Part shown: positions 17,620 to 24,907 of the stretch, in pieces
Numbering within the stretch: the stretch's first letter is position 1
Layout: the number at the start of each line of letters is the position of its first letter
Origin: a virus
Lineage: Duplodnaviria > Caudoviricetes
IMG/VR virus record: IMGVR_UViG_3300005605_001024
Span: 1 to 26,574 of that record
Length of the DNA: 26,574 bases
Strand: one strand, 5' to 3'
Translations under genes and position numbers: made by a program
Notes under the pieces: generated by a model
Told to the model about the DNA's origin: nothing
What the model saw: only the letters and a program-made list of their open reading frames with translations
Databases searched by the model: none

Positions 17620-17990
17620 GGGCAAAATACCCCCTAGAAAAGAGGGTATAATATTTGCCATAATGCGAATCTTCTTTGAAGCCCCTTAATTTATAATGCG
17701 TGGGGAGCGCGACAAATGCGAGTAGGCCTGATCCTACAACAAGCTACCTCATAGAGAGGCGAGAGGGACTGTGCTTGAAAACTCTACTTACGCTCGTTTA
17801 CCACAACACGCCGGGGCAATGCCATAGTAATTAACTACGAGTCCTTTTTTCCTGTCGCAATAACAGGTTGCTGTACCTTTTGATTTGGGTTAAAGCCTCC
17901 CCACCCTACTTTTCTTCGGTCATCTTAGGAAAACTCTACTGTTTTCTCTCAGCGAGCTTAAAAGGATTGGCTACCTTTGATCCGAAGGTC
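17620..17990. ncRNA. Candidate structured non-coding element (unknown ncRNA or origin-like DNA)
   Basis: Largest intergenic gap, no credible ORF. Nested pairings 17700-17707/17897-17904, 17709-17714/17853-17858 and 17761-17770/17840-17849, plus several local hairpins. Confidence 0.5.
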
Positions 17991-17993
17991 TCA

Positions 17994-18416
17994 TCATTCA
18001 CTCTCTTCGTCAAGGCTTTCTTGGGCGGCGGCCATAGTTTGAGCTATGTAGCATAAAGATTTTATATCTCCTTCCTTTATTTCACTTGGGTCACAAGTAT
18101 ATTGGCCCATTCCGGACACATCGCAAAAAGTATTCACGAGTAGAGCCACCTCAGATGCGGTGTTGTAAGTTATTTCCACGTTCTGGTTCATTTGGCCCAA
18201 TTTTCTTTTAAGCAGCCAAATTGGAGATCCATCAGCTTCACCTTCGGCCAGCATTTCCGCGTTGACCATATCCTTAAGGGAAGCCGCAATCACGGCCTTG
18301 TCCTTCTCCTCCTCTAGCGAAATTGGGAAAGCGGCCTTAAAGTCGGACTTTATGGAGAAAGAGTCCTTTTCTTTGAACCATTCGAAAAGAGTCAAGCTTG
18401 CGTCAAATACAGTCAC
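17994..18416 (-). CDS. Hypothetical protein
   Basis: Protein-like ORF; likely GTG start at 18416, just after a TTGATT-16-TAACTT promoter-like sequence. Confidence 0.7.
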   Translation of the reverse strand: MTVFDASLTLFEWFKEKDSFSIKSDFKAAFPISLEEEKDKAVIAASLKDMVNAEMLAEGEADGSPIWLLKRKLGQMNQNVEITYNTASEVALLVNTFCDVSGMGQYTCDPSEIKEGDIKSLCYIAQTMAAAQESLDEESE

Positions 18417-18493
18417 CCTGCAAGTTACCGGATAAACCAAAAAAATCAAAAAAAAGCTTGTAATTAAAATCTTTTCTAATAGGGTTGAGGCGG

Positions 18494-18799
18494 ATGAAAG
18501 ATAACATACCTAACAAAACAATAGCCAAAAAACGAGGACGCCCATCTATTGATGTCTCTTGGCCGAATCAAGAATTCACCGCGAGAGACGTACTTGCAGA
18601 ATTGAAAAGTAGAACAGGAAAAGAAATAACCCCTACTGCCGTCCGAGTAAAGATGAGGAAAGCCGTCAAAGAGGGAGTAATCTTCAGGACTGGCAAAAAA
18701 GCAGACTCAGTCGGGAGACCCCTGTATACTTACAAAAAGTGCCTAGCCACAGTTGATGACGCTGGGGTGAATCTGGAAACGGGAAAATTTAGTGGCTGA
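18494..18799 (+). CDS. Putative DNA-binding protein (AT-hook-like plus winged-helix-like)
   Basis: KKRGRP, FTARDV...TAVRVKMRKAVKEG helix pattern and GRPLYTY wing; ATG 18494. Confidence 0.55.
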   Translation: MKDNIPNKTIAKKRGRPSIDVSWPNQEFTARDVLAELKSRTGKEITPTAVRVKMRKAVKEGVIFRTGKKADSVGRPLYTYKKCLATVDDAGVNLETGKFSG

Positions 18800-18834
18800 C
18801 AAAAGACAATATCGAGCCTAGCTCATGCTGGGTT

Positions 18835-19254
18835 ATGTTTTTCACAGTAGAAAAACTGTCTGAGCGAGCCATTGATCCCGTCAGGGCTGATGGTAATATT
18901 TTTCATTTAATTTCGCCTAAGAGGATCAAAATAGATCCGTGCGAAAGAAAAGTCATGTCTTTTGACATCTCCTTCGGTATGCCGAGCGGCTTTGCGGCTC
19001 AAGTGTTGCCGCTACCGGAATTACTCTATAAGAATGGGATTTCCTTCCCTGCGAGTTATTTTTTTAATAATCAAAATATAGAGGTGGTACTCATTAACAA
19101 TTCCTTGCCTGATTTTTTATTCATAAAGAACAAAAGCGCCTTGGCTACGTCTCATTTTTTCGGTGATACTAATTCCTTTTTTATCGAAAGGGGGGACGAG
19201 GTAGCTAAGTTAGTTTTTACTAAGGCGGAGAAAGCGGAGCTAAAATATGACTGA
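18835..19254 (+). CDS. Degenerate dUTPase-fold protein
   Basis: EKLSERAIDP, I.P.ERK, MPSG.AAQV, IEVVLIN and IERGDEVAKLVF follow the dUTPase scaffold, but the catalytic motifs are missing. Confidence 0.65.
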   Translation: MFFTVEKLSERAIDPVRADGNIFHLISPKRIKIDPCERKVMSFDISFGMPSGFAAQVLPLPELLYKNGISFPASYFFNNQNIEVVLINNSLPDFLFIKNKSALATSHFFGDTNSFFIERGDEVAKLVFTKAEKAELKYD

Positions 19255-19606
19255 GAGCTTTTTACTTTGTTGCGGTTGGATAGTTTTGATTATGTTGATA
19301 TGGTTTGAGAGTGACGCTTTCGAATATTACGTTAGGTATTTTAATCTCCATTCTTGGTTCGGGGTCCATGTTTACGATAAAGAAGACCCCGATCATGTTT
19401 TAGATTATCTATCTTTTTTAAGGGTCAAATATAAGGGGGGCTCTTTTGTTGTCGCTCTTGTGACTTGTCAGACCTGCTTATCTGTATGGTTGAGTGTTAT
19501 TTTTTGTTTAGCGTTTGACCTTCTTTATTTTTTTCCATTAGTTAATCTGTTTTCCCTTTTAGTGTACTTATTAATAGGGAAGATTTTTTATGCCAACGGA
19601 AATTGA
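19247..19606 (+). CDS. Membrane protein with CxxC (DUF1360-like)
   Basis: Several TM segments and LVTCQTCLSVW. Confidence 0.55.
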   Translation: MTESFLLCCGWIVLIMLIWFESDAFEYYVRYFNLHSWFGVHVYDKEDPDHVLDYLSFLRVKYKGGSFVVALVTCQTCLSVWLSVIFCLAFDLLYFFPLVNLFSLLVYLLIGKIFYANGN

Positions 19607-19865
19607 CTATAGAAACTTTATGGATTTTGCCTTAGCAAGCGAGACTTTGAAGAGCATTTCGTTTTTTAAAAGTGCTGATTTACTGAGAAAGGCTTTTTTA
19701 TCCTGCTGCAAATGCCATAAACAACAAAAAGCCCAAGAATTTAAAAATTTTGTTTCTGCTATTGACGAAAAACTATCCGAGGAAGACAAGGCTCTAATTC
19801 TTTCCACATACGGCTCAGAAAATATTACCGTTAAGATGGATGAGAGAGAAATTTTAAAGATATGA
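19590..19865 (+). CDS. Hypothetical protein
   Basis: Overlap-coupled 91-aa ORF containing CCKCH. Confidence 0.65.
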   Translation: MPTEIDYRNFMDFALASETLKSISFFKSADLLRKAFLSCCKCHKQQKAQEFKNFVSAIDEKLSEEDKALILSTYGSENITVKMDEREILKI

Positions 19866-20227
19866 TAGTTGGCGTTGGTACTGATATACAGGACATACTA
19901 AGAATAGAGGCGGTCTTATCTTCTAAGGGGGAAGCCTTTTTGGATAAGTTTTTATCCGAGAAAGAAAAAGAATATTGCCTTAATAAAGGCTATAGCTCTC
20001 ATTCCATAGCTGGTAGGTGGGCGGCAAAAGAGGCGACTCACAAAGCGTTAACTGGGAGCGTAAAGAAAATGATCCCCTTCATAGAAATGGAGATTATGAG
20101 AGACGAAAACGGAAAGCCAGTGATCTATTTTCCTAATGGTAATTTCCCTGAAGATCTTAATTGCTTTTTGAGCATAAGCCATTCCAGAGATTACGCAACG
20201 GCTGTTTGCATCATAGAAAAAAAGTGA
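19862..20227 (+). CDS. acpS: Holo-ACP synthase (4'-phosphopantetheinyl transferase)
   Basis: GVGTDI, AGRWAAKEATHKA, GKP and SISHS motifs. Confidence 0.93.
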   Translation: MIVGVGTDIQDILRIEAVLSSKGEAFLDKFLSEKEKEYCLNKGYSSHSIAGRWAAKEATHKALTGSVKKMIPFIEMEIMRDENGKPVIYFPNGNFPEDLNCFLSISHSRDYATAVCIIEKK

Positions 20228-20451
20228 TTTACAGGCATACAATAAACTCCTTATCTCAAGACGAGTTGGATGTTTTAATGTTTCTATTGGTTAGTTTGTC
20301 TAAAAGTAAAATAGAAGTTGACACAGAGTTCCTTCCATCCTATAAACTTGGGTTTATTCATCACGCACTAAAGATCGGGAGCGAAAACATAAAAGACGAG
20401 CACAAAGAGTTTTACAGAGCCTTATGCTCGAAGTTTGAACTGGAGATATAG
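20224..20451 (+). CDS. Hypothetical protein between acpS and ACP
   Basis: GTG at 20224 overlapping the acpS stop (GTGA); same frame as ORF 20161..20451. Confidence 0.6.
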   Translation: MIYRHTINSLSQDELDVLMFLLVSLSKSKIEVDTEFLPSYKLGFIHHALKIGSENIKDEHKEFYRALCSKFELEI

Positions 20452-20452
20452 A

Positions 20453-20716
20453 ATGGAAGACTCAAAGGAAAAAATTTACGAAATAGTCCTTCAAGAAATA
20501 AGTGACGCCACCACCGTTGGAGACATAGAAGTGACTCTCGATACCCCGATGGAGCAAGTAGAAATAGACTCCTTAGACTCTATAGATATGATCATGGCTA
20601 TGGAGGACATTCACTCTATTCAAATAGACAATACTGGCTTAGACTTCAATAACATAAAAACCGTTAGGGACTTAGCAGACTTTATTTTCGAAAATACCAC
20701 TTTCCTTAAAAAATAA
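20453..20716 (+). CDS. acpP: Acyl carrier protein
   Basis: Acidic 87-aa protein with IDSLD (phosphopantetheine Ser) and IKTVRDL; GGAG SD before ATG 20453. Confidence 0.85.
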   Translation: MEDSKEKIYEIVLQEISDATTVGDIEVTLDTPMEQVEIDSLDSIDMIMAMEDIHSIQIDNTGLDFNNIKTVRDLADFIFENTTFLKK

Positions 20717-20757
20717 ACTTGACTTTTGTTATTTATCGCCCTAAAGATAAAAAATCT

Positions 20758-21054
20758 ATGCCAGCTAAGAAAACAGCAAAGAAAACAGCCCCTAAAAAGG
20801 CCTCAACGAAGAAAGCAGCCCCTGAAAAGAAAGAGTGCGAGATTCATGCAGACGATTGCGGTCAAGACAAAGGACTTCTCCGCCAGAGAATCGTAATCAT
20901 GTTACTTGCATTTAATTTTCTTTTTACGGGTTATTTGGTACATTCAGTTATCAAATTGCAAGATGCTATTCTATCCACTGATGAAGGACAGGTAATAAAA
21001 AAGGACGTATTAGATAAAGTCCCTGAAGTTCCCTCTCTTCCAAACGGACAATAA
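20758..21054 (+). CDS. Single-pass membrane protein with Lys/Ala/Pro-rich histone-H1-like N-terminus
   Basis: MPAKKTAKKTAPKKASTKKAAPEKK then IVIMLLAFNFLFTGYLV; ATG 20758. The TTG at 20719 is more likely part of a TTGACT -35 box. Confidence 0.65.
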   Translation: MPAKKTAKKTAPKKASTKKAAPEKKECEIHADDCGQDKGLLRQRIVIMLLAFNFLFTGYLVHSVIKLQDAILSTDEGQVIKKDVLDKVPEVPSLPNGQ

Positions 21055-21060
21055 ATCACA

Positions 21061-21085
21061 CCCCCCATGCGAATGGGGGTTTTTT
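21061..21085 (+). terminator. Rho-independent terminator
   Basis: CCCCCAT-GCGA-ATGGGGG hairpin followed by T6. Confidence 0.85.
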
Positions 21086-21099
21086 AATTATAGATTAAA

Positions 21100-21981
21100 A
21101 TGGATAAAAAATACATAAGCTTTAGCCAAATAAAAAACATTAGGATTGGCATAGTTGGAAATGGCTACGTAGGTAAAGCAACTTCTTTGTTTGGATCTAA
21201 GAGGACAGAGGTGGTAATTTACGATACCGACCCAAGCAAGTGCTCGCCTGAAGGATGTGATTTTGAGTCTCTAAAATATTGCAATGTAGTATTTGTTTGT
21301 GTGCCTACCCCTATGAAGCATAATGGAGAGTGCCACACTGAGATAGTTGAAAAAGTAATCACAGATCTAAAAGGGTTTGATGATGGCCCTTACATAGTAG
21401 TCAGGTCTACTGTCCCCGTTGGTTTTTGTGCGGAGAAGGGCGTAAACTTCATGCCTGAATTTTTAACCGAGCAAAATTGGAAGAAAGATTTTTACGAGCA
21501 GAAGGATTGGATAATAGGGTCTTTTGATACCAATGACACTAATTTACCTCAAATAATGAAGTTCATTATCAAGTTCGCGAAGGAAGACGGAAAGATTAAA
21601 AACGCGCCAAGCATTCATTGTACTTCTAACTCTATGGCTGAATTAGTTAAACTCACAAGAAATTGTTTTTTAGCTACGAAAGTTTCTTTCTTTAACGAAA
21701 TAGAAAAGTTTTCTCAGGCTTGTGGGGTGGAGTACGACGAGCTTAGAGAATTAGTGATTCTCGACAAGAGAGTTGGAGAGAGTCATACCGCTGTTCCGGG
21801 GCCAGACGGTAAAGGGGGTTTCGGTGGGACTTGCTTCCCAAAAGACATGAACTCCCTCGTTCATCAAATGGCAGAAAAAGATGTGCCTCCATTCTTAATC
21901 CAAGCCGCTATACGCAGAAATAATGGTATAGACAGGTCAGAGCTTGACTGGATGCAGGACAAGGGTCGCGCAGTAGTTTAA
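21100..21981 (+). CDS. ugd: UDP-glucose/GDP-mannose 6-dehydrogenase family protein, short form without the C-terminal domain
   Basis: GNGYVG Rossmann motif, CVPTP, RSTVPVG, PEFL, K..RN.FLA.KVSFFNE and GGTCFPKD (catalytic Cys). Confidence 0.88.
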   Translation: MDKKYISFSQIKNIRIGIVGNGYVGKATSLFGSKRTEVVIYDTDPSKCSPEGCDFESLKYCNVVFVCVPTPMKHNGECHTEIVEKVITDLKGFDDGPYIVVRSTVPVGFCAEKGVNFMPEFLTEQNWKKDFYEQKDWIIGSFDTNDTNLPQIMKFIIKFAKEDGKIKNAPSIHCTSNSMAELVKLTRNCFLATKVSFFNEIEKFSQACGVEYDELRELVILDKRVGESHTAVPGPDGKGGFGGTCFPKDMNSLVHQMAEKDVPPFLIQAAIRRNNGIDRSELDWMQDKGRAVV

Positions 21982-21987
21982 AATTGT

Positions 21988-22064
21988 GCGCCCATAGCTC
22001 AGTTGGATAGAGCACGAGTTTTCTAAACTTGGGGTCGTGGGTTCGAATCCCTCTGGGTGTGCCA
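21988..22064 (+). tRNA. tRNA-Arg (anticodon TCT)
   Basis: Cloverleaf: acceptor GCGCCCA/TGGGTGT, D arm GCTC/GAGC with A20, anticodon stem CGAGT/ACTTG with loop TTTCTAA, GTTCGAATC T loop, encoded CCA. Confidence 0.95.
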
Positions 22065-22066
22065 TT

Positions 22067-22663
22067 ATGGATTTAAAGTCTAAAATTCTAGAGTTCAGAA
22101 GGAAAGGCTACACCTACAATCAGATAGTCGCAGAGCTAGGATGCTCTAAATCCACGGTTGCTTATCACTGTAATTCAACTACCAAAAAGAAAATAGTATC
22201 AAGAAATAAAATAAACAGAAAAAGCGCTACTGGGATCATAGGCAGAAAGATAGAATCATTTTTTCATTCGAGAAGCTCTTCTCCGGCTTATAAGTTAAAA
22301 AGGGAGAAGAGAAACCAAAACAAACACTCCCCCCAGCAGAGGAAGGTCCAGATGTACAAGTCGAGGGCCAACGACGGGATCAGAAGGAATAGATGCAAAA
22401 ATAATTTTGGAGTCAAAGAGTTCATAGAAAAAGTCGGAGAAGCCCCAAAATGCTATTTAACTGGCAGACAATTAGACCTTTCAAAGAAGGCTGAGTATCA
22501 ACTAGACCACATTCACCCTGTTTCTAAGGGGGGCTCTAATGAGCTAGGTAATCTTGGAGTGACCTGTAAGGAAGCAAATATGGCGAAGGGAGATATGACA
22601 ACGGGAGAATTCATAGATTTATGTATTGAAGTCCTAAGCCATCATGGATATAAAATTGACTAG
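22067..22663 (+). CDS. HTH-HNH endonuclease (probable homing endonuclease)
   Basis: N-terminal HTH YNQIVAELGCSKSTVAYH; CYLTG...DHIHPVSKGGSN..NL...C..ANMAK HNH. True start is ATG 22067; the ORF-track start lies inside the tRNA. Confidence 0.85.
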   Translation: MDLKSKILEFRRKGYTYNQIVAELGCSKSTVAYHCNSTTKKKIVSRNKINRKSATGIIGRKIESFFHSRSSSPAYKLKREKRNQNKHSPQQRKVQMYKSRANDGIRRNRCKNNFGVKEFIEKVGEAPKCYLTGRQLDLSKKAEYQLDHIHPVSKGGSNELGNLGVTCKEANMAKGDMTTGEFIDLCIEVLSHHGYKID

Positions 22664-22665
22664 CG

Positions 22666-23100
22666 ATGGAACATCTACAACAAGTAAAAATAAAAAAAAT
22701 ATCAGACAACGCGATCATACCTACGCAAGCCAATGAATCTGATGCTGGTTATGATCTTTATTCCGTGGAAGATCACCACATAAAACCTGCCGAAAGAAGG
22801 ATAGTCAAAACTGGGATATGCATTTCTATACCTGACGGTTGTTATGGTAGAATCGCGCCAAGGAGCGGCTTGGCCGTTAAGAAGGGGTTGGACGTTCTAG
22901 CTGGCGTTATCGACAGCGGGTATAGAGATGAGGTTGGGGTCGTTTTAATTAATCTGGGCTCTAGCCCAATCGACATAGGAGAGGGAGATAGAATTGCTCA
23001 GATAATCTTTGAACTTTGTTTGTCGTTGGAGTTCGTCGAAGTGGAAGACCTTAGCGATAGCGAGAGAGGCCAAGGAGGCTTTGGAAGCTCTGGGGATTAA
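22666..23100 (+). CDS. dut: Trimeric dUTPase
   Basis: All five motifs present: AGYDL, RSGLA, GVIDSGYR, DRIAQ, RGQGGFGSSG. Confidence 0.96.
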   Translation: MEHLQQVKIKKISDNAIIPTQANESDAGYDLYSVEDHHIKPAERRIVKTGICISIPDGCYGRIAPRSGLAVKKGLDVLAGVIDSGYRDEVGVVLINLGSSPIDIGEGDRIAQIIFELCLSLEFVEVEDLSDSERGQGGFGSSGD

Positions 23101-23133
23101 GCTTGACTAATTATTTTCTTTTTGGTTCCATAG

Positions 23134-23274
23134 ATGGCGAAGAAGTCCAATAGAGCAGGGAAGGGCGACAAGCCTCGAAACTGCTTTTCTAGAAAATACA
23201 AGGACAACTACGATAAAATAGACTGGAAAAAACGAAACAGAAAAGGCAAAAAAAATGAAAATGATCAGACTTAA
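23134..23274 (+). CDS. Small basic phage protein (46 aa)
   Basis: Not in the ORF track: MAKKSNRAGKGDKPRNCFSRKYKDNYDKIDWKKRNRKGKKNENDQT. The GKG.KPR...NYD.I pattern recalls small phage proteins; fills the gap in operon orientation. Confidence 0.7.
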   Translation: MAKKSNRAGKGDKPRNCFSRKYKDNYDKIDWKKRNRKGKKNENDQT

Positions 23275-23476
23275 TAAATATAGCTTCACTAAGCTCGGAA
23301 CGCCAAGATCTGCGACTCAAGAGTTTTCCATTAACCCTAAAAATATTGCCAGCATTGAGTCCTTCAGAATTAAAGGCAAGGGGGGAACCATGATCACTAC
23401 CGATGGTGGGAGCGAACATTATGTGAGTGACGAATATACCTCCGTTTCCAAAAAGATTACAAAGTCAGTTCTTTAA
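23261..23476 (+). CDS. FlbD/SwrD-like small protein
   Basis: MIRL...FSINPKNIASIE...TMIT..GG...YV resembles the FlbD family; start could also be 23255. Confidence 0.45.
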   Translation: MIRLNKYSFTKLGTPRSATQEFSINPKNIASIESFRIKGKGGTMITTDGGSEHYVSDEYTSVSKKITKSVL

Positions 23477-23911
23477 ATGAAGACCGACATAGACTTCAAG
23501 CCTCTCCGCATAGGTAAAATTGTTGCCGCCAGTGGATATTTTGACCCTATTCACGTAGGACATATAGAATATCTAGAAAAAGCAAGGGCTCTTGGCGACA
23601 AGCTAATAGTAATAGTGAATAACGACAGGCAAGCCTCCCTCAAGAAAGGGGAGTCTTTTATGCCCCTTGAAGACAGGCTTAAAATAGTTAGCTCCTTAAG
23701 GGTGGTAGATGAAGTTTTCACATCCATAGACATAGACCCAACGGTCACTCTTAGCTTGGCCTTTTTAAAGCCAGATATTTTCGCGAAAGGAGGGGACAGA
23801 ACATCTCACGAGATACCTGAAAATGCAGTTTGCTCCAATCTTGGCATTCAAATAATAGACGGATTAGGACAAAAAATAAGATCCTCCTCTGAATTTACTG
23901 GTCTGAAGTAG
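23477..23911 (+). CDS. Cytidylyltransferase-like nucleotidyltransferase (TagD/RfaE/RibL superfamily)
   Basis: SGYFDPIHVGH, LIVIVNND, KGGDR and KIRSSS. Confidence 0.88.
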   Translation: MKTDIDFKPLRIGKIVAASGYFDPIHVGHIEYLEKARALGDKLIVIVNNDRQASLKKGESFMPLEDRLKIVSSLRVVDEVFTSIDIDPTVTLSLAFLKPDIFAKGGDRTSHEIPENAVCSNLGIQIIDGLGQKIRSSSEFTGLK

Positions 23912-23938
23912 TTTTCCTCCTTCTACGTCGTTAAAACG

Positions 23939-23944
23939 GTGTAA
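23939..23944 (+). promoter_or_regulatory. GTGTAA putative phage promoter element
   Basis: Intergenic; 8 nt downstream begins GAGGA (SD), leading to ATG 23966. Confidence 0.5.
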
Positions 23945-23965
23945 ATTGTTAAGAGGAAAATTATA

Positions 23966-24907
23966 ATGAAAAATACTTTACTTGCCTTACTTCTTACCTC
24001 CTTTGTCGCCTTCGCGGCAGAAAAACCCAAAAAACCAACCACAGCAGAGCATCTTCAGAATGTGTCTGTAACCATTCGTTCCGAAGGGTCATATTCCAAC
24101 GGGGAAGGATCAGGTGTAGTATTTACCCGCAAGGACGCAAAAGGCAATTTAGTAAATTTCGTTTGGACGGCGGCGCATGTCGTAGATAATCTAAGAAAAG
24201 AGAGAAAAGCGTTAGTGGGTGGCGTTTCTAAAACCATCGTAGAATTCAAAGACCCTATAGTGGTCAAAGAAATAAGACAAGAGGGGCGCACGGTTGGACG
24301 GTTACAAATGGACGCAGAAGTTCTAAAGTATAGCGACTCTAAAGATGGTCATGATTTGGCCCTTCTCAGAATCAGAAAATTTAATTTTGTTAAAGACACT
24401 GTATCGTTTTACCTTGAAGAAAAGATTCCACCTTTAGGGGCAGACCTACTTCACGTTGGGTCGCTACTTGGGCAACAAGGCGCGAATTCAATGACTGATG
24501 GAATTTATTCTCAACATGGAAGGATCTTGAAAGAAATAAATAAAAGAATTTTTGACCAAACAACTTGCACGGCTTTTCCGGGATCTTCGGGTGGGGGCGT
24601 CTACAGGAAAGAAGATGCAAGATATGTAGGGATGCTTGTTCGTGGAGCGGGGGAGGGGTTTAACCTTATCGTTCCCGTTCGAAGGATGGTTGAGTATTGC
24701 GAAAAACATAAAATCATGTGGGCGCTAGACGCTAAGATGCCGATGCCAACAGAAGATGAGCTAAAGAAAATGCCAGTTGAAAACACGCCCAAGGAAAAAG
24801 AAAAAGCCGATGAGGCAGACGAGGCAGGTGCTAAAAAAATGTTTCCCTTTATGCTTCGCGTGACTTACCCCAAAATATTGATCTTAAAAGAAAGAATATC
24901 TAAGTGA
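23966..24907 (+). CDS. Secreted trypsin-like serine protease
   Basis: Signal peptide ending AFA-A; triad motifs WTAAHV, DLALL and PGSSGGG. Confidence 0.88.
   Translation: MKNTLLALLLTSFVAFAAEKPKKPTTAEHLQNVSVTIRSEGSYSNGEGSGVVFTRKDAKGNLVNFVWTAAHVVDNLRKERKALVGGVSKTIVEFKDPIVVKEIRQEGRTVGRLQMDAEVLKYSDSKDGHDLALLRIRKFNFVKDTVSFYLEEKIPPLGADLLHVGSLLGQQGANSMTDGIYSQHGRILKEINKRIFDQTTCTAFPGSSGGGVYRKEDARYVGMLVRGAGEGFNLIVPVRRMVEYCEKHKIMWALDAKMPMPTEDELKKMPVENTPKEKEKADEADEAGAKKMFPFMLRVTYPKILILKERISK

Noticed and set aside
17690-17990. tmRNA, RNase P, SRP, group I intron or retron msr-msd identity
   Set aside because: No recognisable conserved motifs of these RNAs, the flanking genes are not interrupted, and no reverse transcriptase is in the window. 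An Rfam search is still needed.
17868-18056. 62-aa plus-strand ORF across the structured element
   Set aside because: TTG start with no SD, antisense overlap with a real gene, and no protein-like features.
21100-21981. Ugd as a pseudogene because it lacks the C-terminal domain
   Set aside because: The catalytic motifs are intact, the frame ends cleanly before the tRNA, and no downstream remnant is visible.
22015-22031. Reading the tRNA as an amber suppressor (CTA within TTCTAAA)
   Set aside because: The stem CGAGT/ACTTG fixes a 7-nt loop TTTCTAA, giving anticodon TCT.
22037-22066. ORF-track N-terminal extension of the HNH gene
   Set aside because: It lies inside the tRNA T arm and acceptor stem; ATG 22067 is the plausible start.
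1591-24792. Many short ORF-track entries opposite or inside long genes (e.g. 1591, 2007, 2708, 7380, 9528, 10807, 14275, 19607, 23107, 24055)
   Set aside because: Shadow ORFs overlapping well-supported genes, with no motifs.
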